Positions 28,441 through 42,397 of a stretch of 64,000 nucleotides of DNA are shown here, piece after piece (the stretch's first letter is position 1; every line of letters begins with the position of its first letter). Origin of the DNA: Eledone cirrhosa. Lineage: Eukaryota. The stretch lies in the NCBI GenBank assembly GCA_964016885.1, contig OZ024741.1:251658001-251722000 (forward strand), read 5' to 3'. The position numbers were made by a program, and so were the translations under genes. The notes below the pieces were generated by a model that saw nothing but the letters and a program-made list of their open reading frames with translations, was not told the origin of the DNA and did no database searches.

Positions 28441-29249
28441 GGCCAGTTAATGTATTGTATCTGGTAGATCTTGAAGTATCTGGAGGTAAGAACTCAACAT
28501 CCTGAAGCATCTCAGATAGATCTGGTGGTCCAGGCTGAATATATTCTTCACTAAATACACACACACGCACACACGCACACATATATATATGAAGTATTTC
28601 CATAGGAAGGGTAAAGGAAAGGAGAGTGCTCTATGTATGGTACAGAGCTATTTAATTATGAACTAAACAACATAAGACAATTATTCCATTTACCAAAGGT
28701 AAATGGAATAATTGTCTTGACAGGCGGGCCCAACAGAGACGTCTGAAATCGCTCATCAGAATGAAAATTTAATATGGACGTAAGATATGAATTTAAAAAC
28801 AAAGGCTAATACAATTGAAAGCAAGGCTGATATACAATAAAATAAAGATAAGAAATAAAATAAAATAACAATCGAAGTTTGAAAGCCATGACAATGCAAA
28901 ATAGACGGATAAACAAACAAGTCGGATGAAACAAGATGTGTTTTTTACCTTACTTTATTTATATGTCCTGATACTTCAAGATTAAAATCTCTTCTTCCAA
29001 GGAAAATAAAAGGGACTAACTCAGTGTCTGATGTAGCACACTATACTATGTTGGCATCATTTTTACATCTGCCTTTCCATGCTTATGTGGATTGGATGTG
29101 TGTATATATAATTAAGAGACAAAGACTGTCATATAAAATGGTCATAGCTCTGGTTATTTCCTTATTCACTCAATAACCAATTAATTTTGTATTATTAAAG
29201 TTTGTATTATTAAAATTCAAGTCCAACTGGTTAGAATGCACACATGTCA

Positions 29250-29390
29250 ATCTGTAAGGAAGATGACTTCATGTAGATTCTCAAAAAGTATTCAATACAT
29301 TGGAAGTGTATAGGCATTTTTGAATTTATATAGAAATGACTTCTACAGGACTAGACCTGTTTCATTTGTATGAAATCATCATGAATGTGC
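29250..29390 (-). mobile_element. Degenerate copy of the AT-rich hammerhead family
   Basis: Minus strand ttc aTGATGA tttcatacaaat GAAA CAG gtctagtc CTG TA gaa, then the tail variant gtattgaatac. Confidence 0.65.
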
Positions 29391-29454
29391 ATATGTATGT
29401 ATGCATGTATTTATGTATATATATATATATGTGTGTCCGTGTGTGTGTATATAT

Positions 29455-30200
29455 ATCATCATCATCATCATCACCATTTTACGTCTGTTCTTCCATGCTA
29501 GCATGGGTTAGACGGGTTGTCCTGTTGTGGGCAGTGTCCAGTCGGCTGACCTTGTCTTGCTCATACGGACACTGATTCTGGCTTGATTTCTACAGCTGGA
29601 TGCCCTTCCTAACACCAACCTCATTTACAGTGAGTGCTGGGTGCTTTTTTCCCGTGGCGCCTAAACGTCCACTTTAGAGTGTGGGCTGGGTGCTTTTTTG
29701 CCGTGGCACCTCCATGACCACTTTACAGGGGGAGGGGATGGGGGTATATTGTCTATATGCTTCAGCTTCGGCTTGTACCCGTGGGAAATCGAGCTTCTGT
29801 ATTACTGCTTGATACCAGAGGTCATGGTCCTGTCTCATCGCCTTTGAGAGATGTAATTGGGTAAGGTCGGCTTTTATCACCTCATCCCAGGTCCATACCA
29901 ACACAACCTCCTCTCCTGCACACAGCATTTGATTCCTCTTATGCTCAGTCTCTCTCTCAATTCGTTTATGCTTTGCCGTTCGCGTATTACACATCCATTG
30001 GAGCATGCAAGCTTTGTTTCTTTTTAATCTACACAAGTCTTCCACAGACAGCACCCAGGTCTCACTACCATGTAACATTGCTGTTTGTATACACGCATCA
30101 TACAGTCTGCCTTTCATTTTGAGGGAAAAGCCTTTTGCAGCTAGCAGTGGCAGTAGCTCCCTGAACATCTTCCATCCCGTTCTTACCCTAGTTATTGTAC
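29455..30200 (-). mobile_element. RTE LINE 3' fragment, long-UTR type
   Basis: FRELLPLLAAKGFSLKMKGRLYDACIQTAMLHGSETW; UTR carries the aggaagggcatccagc module; (GAT)n tail. Confidence 0.9.
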
Positions 30201-30965
30201 TTTCTTACCCTAGTTATTGTACTTTTCATATACCTATATATGACAAAATTTGTGGTCCTGAATTTGTTCATATTACCCACACTACTACCCCAAGTATTGA
30301 GTACTCTGGTGAGTAATGATCTAACTGGTTTTTACTGCATCCATTCTGATTTATATATATATATATACAGAGAGAGGGGTGGGGAGATAGGATTTTAATA
30401 ATAGAGTCAGTGATACTGTAGTGATAAACAGTATGTCTTGAGCATTTAAAACCTAGTGGAATCCATCTCTCTCTTGATCTGAACACAGAGAAAACAAATG
30501 AGAAAGCAATATTGAGTAAGAATCAGACCCTAGTACATGACTGGTACTATATTTATTGAACCTCAAAAGGACGAAAACATGATTTGAATGAATGCCAGGC
30601 AGCATTCTATCTGACATTCTTATGACTCTGCCAGTTCACTGCCTTCAGTTAATATATATGCTCATGTATAATTTATACCTGTAGATAAGTTACAACTCCA
30701 TTTTACATACAACATTTACAATGGACAATATTTTTTCAAATTGAGGTTTTGAGTATTTAGTAGATATGTCACATGCGAATGTTTGATGTCATATTTTTGT
30801 GGAAACTGGCATGACTTATTTACGATGATGTTGATTCAAAAATATACCCAGTCCATCCTTTAACTCTTTACTATTTAAACCGACTGTATCTGGCCAAAGT
30901 TCTCTCACCTCTTTCTATTCAAACTGGCTGTAACCAGCTGCTCATACTGATGTTAAGGTATTGTT

Positions 30966-31234
30966 CTCAAAATAAATAATTGTTTCTACTTTTGGCACAA
31001 GGCCAGCAATTACCCAGTGCATTACTGATGTTAAGGTATTGTTCTCAAAATAAATAATTGTTTCTACTTTTGGCACAAGGCCAGCAATTACCCAGTGCAT
31101 TACCATAAGGATGAAAGGCAAAGTTAACCTCGGCGGGATTTAAACTCAGAATGGCAAGGGCCGTAAGTCTATGCGTCAAAGCATGGCGTCCGACCCTCTA
31201 CCGATACTGCCAATCCACCCTCAAAATAAATAAT
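30966..31234 (-). mobile_element. SINE family 1 with target-site duplication and a local tandem duplication
   Basis: ctcaaaataaataat flanks both ends (30966-30980 and 31220-31234); a ~78-bp duplication covers the junction. Confidence 0.8.
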
Positions 31235-31899
31235 GTCAAAATGTCATAGATTTGATATTATGTGGGATAATTATGTGAGGTAAAGCCTTTATCACAAAAA
31301 ATACAGTAGTATATACAATGTAAATACTAAAGTGTTAATGTGGTTGTGTTGGGCTGGGACTGTGACAAAAAAAGTAGCCTGTGTGCCCTGTAAGGTGGTT
31401 GACATTAGGAAAGTAATCCAGCCATTGAAAACCAGGCTAATATTGAAATGTATGTGCAAGATGTGGTCATCTGACCTGTTTAGCCTCATAGTGTAACAGC
31501 TCATCGTGTGTAGATGTGGATGTATGTGGTACAAAGGAGAATGAGTGATTTATAGATATAAAGCATGAAAAATAGATATTAAACTGATGAATATCATGAT
31601 GATGATGGTTGTGGTGATGATGGTGATGATGATAATAGTGATAATGATGATGAAGATGATGATGAAGATGATAGTGATGATGATGGCAATGATGATGATG
31701 ATGACGATGGCAATGATGAGGATGATGACTTACAATAATCAGCAGGACATGATCAAATTCCAGTACAACTTATCCAGTATCTGGAGCAAGCCTCTCCCCT
31801 CCACCTCAAATTAAGATTCATCACATCCACTTCCATATCTGGAAACAAGGTAAATACCTGTAGATTTCAAAAATTCATTCATTGTGACAAAATTAAAAG

Positions 31900-32330
31900 A
31901 AGACTGCACACAATGTGGAAATTATTGAGGCATTTTCTTCTCTTCATTGATGGAAGAATCTTCATAACAATTCATTTTGCTAGACTAACTTCCATTGCTG
32001 AACGAATACATCTGGAAAGCCAATGTGGGTTTAGAGAGAATAGAAGAATGATCAATATGATCTTTTCCTCACAACAGCTACAAGAAAATCTCTACAATAG
32101 TGTTGTTCTCTATACACAATTCTTTATGAGCTTATCAAGGCTTTCAACTCTGTGCCATGTGATACAAGATAGAAAGTTATAAAACTTTGCTTCACAAAAC
32201 CCTTCTTGAAGATAAGACAACACAGATACTCATTAAATGGGGGGTGGGTGGATGGGTGGGTGGATGGGTAACTTTGCATCAACTTTTCTTATTGGAATAA
32301 GTGTTAAACAGGGCAATGTTCTTGCATCTA
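31900..32330 (+). mobile_element. Degenerate RTE RT fragment
   Basis: ARLTSIAERIHLESQCGFRENRRMINMIFSSQQLQE and SVKQGNVLA motifs. Confidence 0.75.
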
Positions 32331-33105
32331 TGCTGCAATCAATTTCCCAAATCCCAGCTGGAGGAGAAAACACAATGTTGGATGTAACTAGATGTGGTAA
32401 GCTCCTTGAAATGGCTACAGTTGTGTGAAGAACTAATTTGAAATATTTGTTTAGTTATAAAAATGTGAACCAAAATGAGTGCATGTGTTTTGACTGGCAG
32501 AATGGCCCTACCAAAACACAACATTTATCCATCTATATATCTACCTATATAACCCCTTCAATGGATGTTTGTCCACAGCATCAATAATTCAAAAATATAT
32601 ATATATATGTATACAACATAAAACATCCAGTACTCTCTGTAAATGAGGTTAGTGTTAGGAAGGGCATCCAGCTTTAGAAACCTGGCCAAAATCAGTTCTG
32701 TATTTCCAAGACATGGTCACCTAACCTAGCATTGCTCACAACAGGACAATCTGTCTAACCCATGTTAGCAAGGAAAAATTGATGTAAAACAGTGATGATG
32801 ATGATAAGTCATATATCATGAGAGAAACTCAGTATTTTGTACTTATATATAAATACCATATAATATTTAGTAAACTGTATATACTTTAAGGTGGAAAAGT
32901 TATTATATTCCTTATGGCTGCCATTTCATAGTTCATAGATCTGGAGCAATTGATTATCGATTACTAACTACCAATTTTGGTATAGCTCTGGAAGATGCAG
33001 AGCCATTCGTCTTATTATAAGTTACAATTAAATACAATATACCTTTATATCTTTCATGTTCTGAGAAGTAGTCAATCCATACCTGGTGGTGTGAATTAAT
33101 CTTTA

Positions 33106-33420
33106 ATAGTGACGGGAGAGCAGAGACAATTTGCCAACCTGGATGTCCCGAAGATGCTCCATGAATCAGTCAGCTAGCTGATGGCCAGTTTGACCTACGT
33201 AAATGACTTCACAGAGATTGCAATGGATTCAACAGACAAGGCTTCTAGAAGTGCAGCTGAAGGGGTCCCTAACAACAAAGGAGCAACCACTGGGTCCAAT
33301 GAGGGTGGTGGTTTTGGTGATGACGCTGCATGTGTGAAAGCAGGGTTGGGATCTGGGAGACTCTTTTGAGGAGGGCTAGTCTAGGGGCTTTGTGGAATGC
33401 TCTTTGATCGTGTGTTTTCT
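33106..33420 (-). mobile_element. Penelope-like element relic, GIY-YIG endonuclease domain
   Basis: 33267 down to 33106 reads DPFSCTSRSLVC*IHCNLCEVIYVGQTGHQLAD*FMEHLRDIQVGKLSLLSRHY, matching FTCxSxNxxYxIxCxxC...YVGxT.R.L..RF.EH. Confidence 0.85.
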
Positions 33421-33765
33421 TGAATTCAATACCACTTAATAAACCTGATGATATGCAGGGGCTTGCATATTGTGTGAATAATAGTTAATCAATTATAACT
33501 GATTGATATGTGTTGGGATATAAATGCAAGCTTATCACCTCTATAGAAACGATTGTAGATATTAAAGATGGATTTAATTTAAAAACCTTGATTCTCTTTA
33601 CTTTAAATATTTATGCTTTCCCACCCTCACTGTCAGCAAGAACTTTAAACTTTGGAAGACTATTTTGATAGTTTTGAATTCCTTGCATACTGAAGATTTT
33701 AAGCATGCATTGAGCTTTTCCCACCTTACCAAAATTAATAGTGGAATATAATCACTCACACACAA

Positions 33766-33803
<38 letters not shown>

Positions 33804-33846
33804 TTGTTTTGCGAGGTTTTTGATTTGAAATCGTGTGTCAAAACAA

Positions 33847-34350
33847 ATATTGTTATACTTGGGGAGGGTCATATTGTTGTAATATTGCCAGAAATAATAA
33901 CAAAACACAATCACTGTTTGGTTGGTTTTCGCTTCTGCCTCTTTTATATCTCCATAGTTAATTCATTCAGCCATCAATGTTTATCATTGACTGACCAGCG
34001 GTCAAAATTACAGATATAAATATATATAGTCTAACAAAGTTCTTTCGTTGCACATCTGCAACATCATCAGTGGTACTATTATCATGTTTCCCCCTATTGT
34101 ATTGTATTGTATTGTAATGTCTATGCCATTTTATGTTGCAGATGTGCAATGAAAGAACTTTGTTAGACTATATATATTTGTATTTGTATTTTTGACCGTT
34201 GGTCAGTCAATGATAAACATTGATGGCCGAATGAATTAACTATGGAGATATAAAAGAGGCAGAAGTGAAAACGGACCAAACAGTGAGTGTGTTCTGTTAT
34301 TATTTCTGGCAATATTACAACAATATGACCCTCCCCAAGTATAACAATAT
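33847..34350. repeat. Long inverted repeat (218-bp arms, 68-bp spacer) with a hammerhead-like motif at the inner end
   Basis: 33847-34064 pairs with 34133-34350 with about a dozen mismatches; the minus strand reads CTGATGA t gttgca gatg tgcaac GAAA. Confidence 0.9.
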
Positions 34351-34367
34351 ATATATATATATATATA

Positions 34368-34553
34368 TAAGACGTGGTAGAGGTAGACCACGAAAAACAT
34401 GGGCGGAGGTGGTGAGAACAGACCTCAGATCATTGAAGCTCACGGTGGAGATGACGAGGGACCGTGACGAGTGGAGAGATGCTGTGCTGAATAAGACCCG
34501 TCCCACCCTTGCAAGCAGGGAAAAGCGGACGTAAAATGATGATGATGATGATG

Positions 34554-34555
<2 letters not shown>
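34368..34555 (+). mobile_element. Short RTE 3' end inserted in (TA)n
   Basis: RRGRGRPRKTWAEVVRTDLRSLKLTVEMTRDRDEWRDAVLNKTRPTLASREKRT* followed by (GAT)n. Confidence 0.9.
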
Positions 34556-34609
<54 letters not shown>

Positions 34610-34839
34610 CATAGTTCATTAAGATGTCCAAGTATATTAGTGACAAATAACTTTCTGCCTGGAAAAAAAAATGCCTATATATATAGCCAACCACCTGATT
34701 AGGTACAAATTGGACAAACACACAAACCAGACTGACTTTTTTAATTGTTAAATAATATGATGGGCAGATGACAATGAATGCTAAGTCCATCCCCAAGAGA
34801 AGAGTGCACCACACAATATGTTACTTATTAGTGACTTCA

Positions 34840-37240
34840 GAATAAGCACAAGACTTGACAAAACACACAGGAAAATTTAGAAAAGGAAAGTATTGAAGGT
34901 AAAGGACCTGTCTGTTAAATATAGGTTTAGGAAAGCCATACATGATGTTTATGACAAGAAAGAGGAGGAGTAAGATGTATATGACATAGAGGACAATTGG
35001 AAGTTTCTACAAGACAACCTACTGCAGACTACTGATGAAACATGTGGCTGGAGTAAAGCACCAGTTTGACAGAGACTTGCTGGTGGAACAGCACTGTGGA
35101 TAGGGCTGTTAAAGAAAATATGTAGGCATGGAAAAATTGGAAAAATGGAGGCAGCAAAGATCAATATCAAGTAGCTAAAAGTGAAGCTACTTGATATAAA
35201 TACGACAGGTATACATAGCGTACAAAGAAACTGAAAGTGGGAGGTTTGCCATTGTGATGTGAGGATCAAAGGAGATGAAAAAGGGTAAGGCTGCTAGTCC
35301 ACTAGAGATAGCCTCTAAGATGCTGAAATCTTCTGGGAAAGTAAGAATTGAGTCAGCCAAATAATCAGTCAGGTAGTACATGATGGGGACATACTCAGTG
35401 ACTGGTGTAATAGTATACTCACAAGGAAAAAGATGATGCACAAGAAAAGAACAACTACAGGGACATCTATAATATAATAAAGGGAGGAGTGTGGGACAGC
35501 ATCCATTTTATATTTTTTTTTATCCTGTTAGTAAAATAAGTTGGATTATTTTGAATAAATAATGAATGAATATTATGTAATTTATCTACTAAATTTTGTA
35601 GCTCTTGATTAAACATAAATGTTCTTATACATAAAGTATTGCTTATTTTAAGATTCACTTCTTTAAAATTTTCAAATGACAACACTTCTGATTAGCATCC
35701 ATTATATTATAACACAACGGTGGATTGGCAGTATCGGTATGCTTTGACGCATAGAGTTACGGCCCTTGCCATTCTGAGTTCAAATCCCGCCGAGGTTAAC
35801 TTTGCCTTTTATCCTTACAAGGTCGATAAAATAAATTACCAGTAATGCACTGGGTAATTGCTGGCCTTGTGCCAAAAGTAGAAACAATTATATTATAACT
35901 TTCTCTTTCATCCTTACAGGGTCGATAAAATAAAGTACCAGTAATGCACTGGGTAATTGCTGGCCTTGTGCCCAAAAGTAGAAGCAATTATATTATAACA
36001 CTTATTACATCGTTTATATAAACGTTCATATATTTGCATCGTTATATAAGGTTTATATTTCTGTCTCTAATTTTCTCCTTTTTCATTTTCATAACATTAT
36101 CATATATACAGTTTATAGATAATATCGTCTTTTATTTATGTATCATGGATTACTTTAGTGATTACAGAAGAGAGTGTAACACAGACTTCGTTCCATTTCT
36201 GTGCATATTGTCAATTACGATTTCATTTGACATATCATATCTACATGCATATATATTTGCGTATAATATCACTATGCACACTACACATGCTAGCAGAAAA
36301 CCACCCAAAAGGTGGTTTTTCTGCTAGTAAAACTAATGAAAGTGGCAGAGAGAGTCTTAGCACAACTAATTAGAGAAAGAATCAAATTTAGATGAGATGC
36401 AACTTGATTTTGTGAAACAACTACAGGAGAAATTCCTAGATAAGTGTAAACCAATATATTTGGATTTTTTCTATTTGGAGAAGATCTTTGATAGAGTACC
36501 ACGATCTGTCATTTGCTGGTCCTTAAGGAAAGCAGATGTATATAAATGGCTTGTAAGAACAGTGCAAGGAACAGTGCAAGAACAGAGTAAGGTGAGAGTA
36601 GGTCATGAGTTTAGTGAGGAATTCAAACTGCAGATAGGTGTTCATCAGACCTCACCCATTTATTATAGACCTCCAAGCTATAACAGAGGAGTTAAGACAC
36701 AGGTAATCTATGGGAACTTCTGTATACCGATGACCAGGTTCTTATAACCAAATCAGTGGAAAAGCTAGGAAAGAAATTCTGGCTTTGAAAACAGAATTAG
36801 ATTCAAAAGGGCTTACAACAAACATTGGTAAGCAGAAAAGAAGACTCTGATCCCATCAGGAAAGTGTCCTTGCTCGATATGTAGAAAAGGCGTAGGTAGT
36901 AACTCTATTCGATGTACACAATGTAAATCTTGGGTTCAAAAGAGGTGTAGTGGTAAACTTTGTATGTGACAGATGCACAGAGATAGTTAGTAGTAAGATC
37001 ATCAGTAAAATATACATTTTCCAATCGCCCAAAAGGATATATAGATGTAGCTGATAGCTTCTGCTACCTATGGAAGAGGCTGTATCAAAGGCATAGTAGC
37101 TAGAGTAAGAACAGGGTGGAAAAAGTAACTATGTTGAAAACAAAAAGTTTCTCTCTACAGAAAAATAAGCCAGCTATATATAAAATGCCTGAGTGTGAAG
37201 TGTGACGCTGCTTGGGAGCGAGACATAAAAAATTGACAAG
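34840..37240 (+). mobile_element. Older RTE copy related to the 21-25 kb element, split by later insertions (~35470-36320)
   Basis: QLQEKFLDK..LEKIFDRVPRSVICWSLRK, IGVHQ and the PHD-type CSICRKGVGSNSIRCTQCKSWVQKRC...FVCDRC. Confidence 0.8.
35718..35995 (+). mobile_element. SINE family 1 followed by a second 5'-truncated copy in tandem
   Basis: Two consecutive core and tail units, each ending aacaattatattataac or agcaattatattataac. Confidence 0.85.
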
Positions 37241-37448
37241 CTTATATAGATATATATATATATGCAATGTGTAAATATATATACACATTTATGCAATTAG
37301 GGTACCTCTGTACAATTAATCATCATCAGCACCACCACCATCACCATCACTACCACTACCATCACCATCATCATCGCTGCTTTACATTTGTTTTCAATGT
37401 TTACATGGCTTGAAGCTAACTGCATTATGTTCTCTCTCTCTCTCTCTT

Positions 37449-37535
<87 letters not shown>

Positions 37536-37536
37536 G

Positions 37537-37569
<33 letters not shown>

Positions 37570-37575
<6 letters not shown>

Positions 37576-37900
37576 TTCTTTTTATTTATTTTATTGCCAT
37601 CCATTGGTCCCAAAAGACCATGGATTTGCACCTGGAGAATTTTGTGTCAGTTGATGATGGCAGAGAAGAGTCTACTGTAACTGTACAAACCCACATGGGA
37701 GTGACAGTCTCATATACAGCGACTGCATTTGAAGATGCTCTCCTCCAGTGCTACTGTATTCTCCTTTCTTTGAGTGTACGTTTCTTTGGGACCATGTTTC
37801 ACTCTTTCTTCCCCTTGCTCTGTCCCATTGCGCAGTTCTTATCTTTTATCATGGGCAACCATTAGCGACCTCCTTCCTTCTCTGGATTTTAAGATCTATT
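37570..37900 (-). mobile_element. Degenerate BovB-like RTE 3' end
   Basis: Minus strand RDCHSHVGLYSYSR resembles the single C-terminal CxRxCxSRIGLxSH finger of RTE elements. Confidence 0.5.
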
Positions 37901-38835
37901 GACTTCATATATATAATCATCATCACCACCATCATCAATTACCATCTATCTTACCAGCTAGCAGGGAATATTATGATATAATATAGTATATCATATAATA
38001 TCACACACAAACATACACACATTCTCACACACACACAAACATACACACACACACATAGTGTATTCACATTGACAATTATGAAAGCAAATATGAATAATGT
38101 ACTTTAGTGATAAATTGAATAAACTGAAAAATTAAATGTTATTAATCACGTCATCAGAGCAGTAGATTGGTAGATCAGTAGAGCGTTGGACAACATGCTT
38201 TACGGCATATAGTTACAGCCAAATTATGTTTTGAGCTCAAATCCTGTTATGGTTAAACTTGCTGTTTGTCCTTCCAGGGTCGGTAAATTAAAGTATCAAA
38301 AACGTACTGGGCTTGATAATCAACTTTCCCCTAACCCCAAAAAAAATTGTTGACCTTGTGCCTAAATCAGAAACCATTATTTGCAAGTCATGAAAAATAT
38401 TTGACCCTTTATTTATAAGCAGTTCATTACACAGTATTCTCAGAGTTTAAACGGGCTATGGAGTAACCAAAAATCAATAAAATACATTTTTTTTAAAGTT
38501 TCATTCAGAAACATGTACAGATTTTAATGTCACCAAATGTGCAGTGCTGGGCTATTTCAATTCTGACTCTGCATATTACTGGTTCATGGTTCATATACTA
38601 TCTTTGATCAAATATACTGTATGTGTGTGAAGAAGGGGGGGGGGGCAGCAATAATTTCTAAAGATTAAACATTATTTTATTAAGTAAAATAAACAAAATG
38701 ACAAAATATGTTGGTATGGGTTTGTACCTCTCCATGTGGAAAATTGAGCTCCCTCTTTCCATAGAGTAGTACATCAGTATACATTGTTAGATACATTAAG
38801 AAACATATGCATGAACAAATACCAACATATGTGTG

Positions 38836-38872
<37 letters not shown>

Positions 38873-38892
38873 GTATATATGTATATATATAT

Positions 38893-39205
38893 ACCCCTTT
38901 CTCTGTAAAGTTATGTTGGTACCACAACATCCACTCCTAAATAAATGAGGTCGTGTAGGTGTCATGACAAAAAATAACACAGTCCACGCTGTAATGTGGC
39001 CGTGTAGGCAACACGGTAAAAACCTCCCAGTCCACGCTGTAAACGTGGTTGGTGTTAGGAAGGGCATCCAGCCGTAGAATACCTGCCAGACAGTCCTATG
39101 CGAGCAAGACAACCAATCTTGCCTCAAGTGGGAAAACTCCCGTCCAAACCCATGCTAGCGTGGAAGATGGACGTTAAACGATGATGATGATGATGATGAT
39201 GATGA
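38893..39205 (+). mobile_element. Isolated long-type RTE 3' UTR copy in (TA)n
   Basis: Matches the reverse complement of 11871-12175; (GAT)n tail. Confidence 0.85.
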
Positions 39206-39274
39206 TATATAGTTTCAAAATAATCCAGCATGTTTTTCAAATAGAAATTCAAAATAAGGGGCAAACAGGACAAA

Positions 39275-39313
<39 letters not shown>

Positions 39314-39343
39314 TCATATGCATATATATACATATATATCTTC

Positions 39344-39389
<46 letters not shown>

Positions 39390-39535
39390 TCATATGCATA
39401 TATACATATATATATATGTATATACTTATATATATATATACTTATATATATATATATATATATATGTAATTATATATATGTATATATACATATATATATG
39501 TATGTACATATATACATATATATTTATATACATAT

Positions 39536-39584
<49 letters not shown>

Positions 39585-39848
39585 TGCTTCATTTGTATGG
39601 TTTCATAGGAATAAGACAGATTTAGTTCTGTAGAAGTAATTTCTAAATAAGATAATTGAGTTTCTCTTCTAATGTATTGAGTACCTTATTTAACTGTGAA
39701 TTCTTTCCAATTCCTCTTCAGAAAACCATCCTTAATTAAATATGCACACACACCCCACACACATATGTATACAGAAATATATATATATATATATATTATA
39801 TACATGTTATATATATATATATATATACACATATATTATATATATTAT

Positions 39849-39955
<107 letters not shown>

Positions 39956-40081
39956 AATATAGTATACATATATATTATATATATGTATATATATATATTT
40001 ATATATATATATATATATTATATCTATATATATACATATATATTATATATATATATAGTATATATATATATATATTATATA

Positions 40082-40130
<49 letters not shown>

Positions 40131-40132
<2 letters not shown>

Positions 40133-40325
40133 CGAGGGAAAAGTGGTAAGGAACCAGGTGGACCATAACGCACCAAAGTACTCAATACTTAGGGTAGTAG
40201 AGTGGATAATAGGAGTAAGTAAGACCCCGACGGCTGAGCTCAAGCCGTTTCGACGGCTAATTCCAGTACAGAATTAGCCGTCGAAACGGCTTGAGCTCAG
40301 CCGTCGGGGTCTTACTTACTCCTAT
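40131..40325 (-). mobile_element. GC-rich fold-back family element with a perfect 55-bp inverted repeat, in (TA)n
   Basis: Arms 40209-40263 and 40271-40325 with a 7-nt spacer; tail carries GTATTGAGTAC on the minus strand. Confidence 0.9.
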
Positions 40326-40403
40326 ATATATATATATATGTAATATATATATATAATATATAGATAATATATATATATGTGTGTATATATACATATATAT
40401 ATA

Positions 40404-40516
<113 letters not shown>

Positions 40517-40894
40517 CTGTATATATACATATATATATATATATATGTGTGTGTATATGTATATATATATATATACATATATATATATGTACATATATAT
40601 ATATGGAAATATTTATAACAGAATGAAAATAATGTTGTTAAATTAAGTCCATCTTTAATGTCAACAATTCTTTCTTTACAGATGAGAATCGTGTCAATAC
40701 ATAAAAATATTGAACTAAAATTACCAAAGATATTAGTGAATTCCTCCTTTATAATTTTATAATTACATATATATTATATATATACACACACACACACATA
40801 TATATATAATGACACACATATATATATATATAGATATATATTCCTAAATATAAATAGATCATATGGATGTAAATTGGAGATGATTATATATACA

Positions 40895-40995
40895 CAGGAT
40901 GTACCCCCAAAATGTATTCACAATTTGATTACCTCTACAGGGAAAATTTATTAGAATGCCAATGAAGTGTTTATACATTTTTGGGGGACACCCTG
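40895..40995. mobile_element. Tc1/mariner-type MITE (~100 bp)
   Basis: TIRs caggatgtacccccaaaatgtat / revcomp cagggtgtcccccaaaaatgtat; TA at the right end. Confidence 0.75.
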
Positions 40996-41481
40996 TATAT
41001 ATATGCATGCACACAAACAAATACAATACATATATATATATATAAATGTACCATCTGCAAAATCTATAAAGCTATAGTTAATTTTGCTTCAGTATAGATG
41101 GATAAATATCCTGAAATTGTAATCCCTGGCTTGCTCACATGGCTACAGAGGTAGCTGTGACATGATTACAGCTTAAAATACCTATACCAAAACCTATGTA
41201 TGATGATATTACATGAAAATGCTGTAAATATTCTCATATATATATACCTCTATTATGAATCACTGTATATATATATATATGTGAGAAAAACCACAAACCT
41301 TCCATCTCAACTCTACTTTTGAAAAGCAGAAGAACTACGAAACCGGTAAAGGAACCAAATAAATATATATATTTTTTTTAAAATAAGACTCCAGTTGCAT
41401 TTTCGATTTCATCTTTTTTTCTTTATACTTTCACTCGTGTAGGACACCTCGGTTATTTTTCATTTTGTAAAAAAACCTCAC

Positions 41482-41522
<41 letters not shown>

Positions 41523-41526
<4 letters not shown>

Positions 41527-41651
41527 AAAAAGTATGACCCCGACGGCAGAGCTCAAGCCGTTTCGACGGCTATTACCCACTCTACTACCCTACGTATTGA
41601 GTACTCTGGTGCGTTATGGCCCATCTGGTTCCTTAACACAATTCCTTCATT
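41523..41651 (+). mobile_element. GC-rich fold-back family element (one arm missing) in (TA)n
   Basis: gaccccgacggcagagctcaagccgtttcgacggcta joined directly to the GTATTGAGTAC tail. Confidence 0.8.
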
Positions 41652-42002
41652 ATATATATATTTGTTACATGCATATTTATCTGTACATGTATGACTTCTT
41701 TCCAATTTAATTTCTATACAAACACATACACACTTTATCTATTTATCTATATATCTATCTATCCACCTCTCTCTCACTATCTCTCCCTCTCTCTCAGTTT
41801 CTCTCAGTCTCTCTCTCTCTCTATATATATACATATATATAGAATGGGTGAAGGTTTCAAAATCATCATCTTTGTCCATTCCCTTGTTTTCATTTGGATT
41901 GCCTTGAGAACGTAACCTTGTTATGTAATAGAGCTGTCTCATGAGATCATGACACTGGTTGGATGGAATTGCATGGCCACTACTTCACGTTTTCTTATTC
42001 TA

Positions 42003-42044
<42 letters not shown>

Positions 42045-42303
42045 TCATTTTATTAAGGCTAAATAGTGATCTTTATCACAGGGTCATCATCATCATATAT
42101 AAATATATACAAACACATACACACGTATACATATTCATTTTTCTTATTTTCTCTTTTCTCTTCTTTTTTCTGCTAAATTTACTCATCTTTATGAAGGACC
42201 AATGTCCGATACATTGAGACATTATTTTTCCTTTTTCCAATGATCATGAAACTAGTTTATGTAATTGCAGTGTTGTATTAGGTTTTACACACACACACAC
42301 ACA

Positions 42304-42397
<94 letters not shown>

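Noticed and set aside
33082-33444. Host exon on the minus strand bounded by AG and GT
   Set aside because: The best translation is a Penelope-like GIY-YIG domain with in-frame stops.
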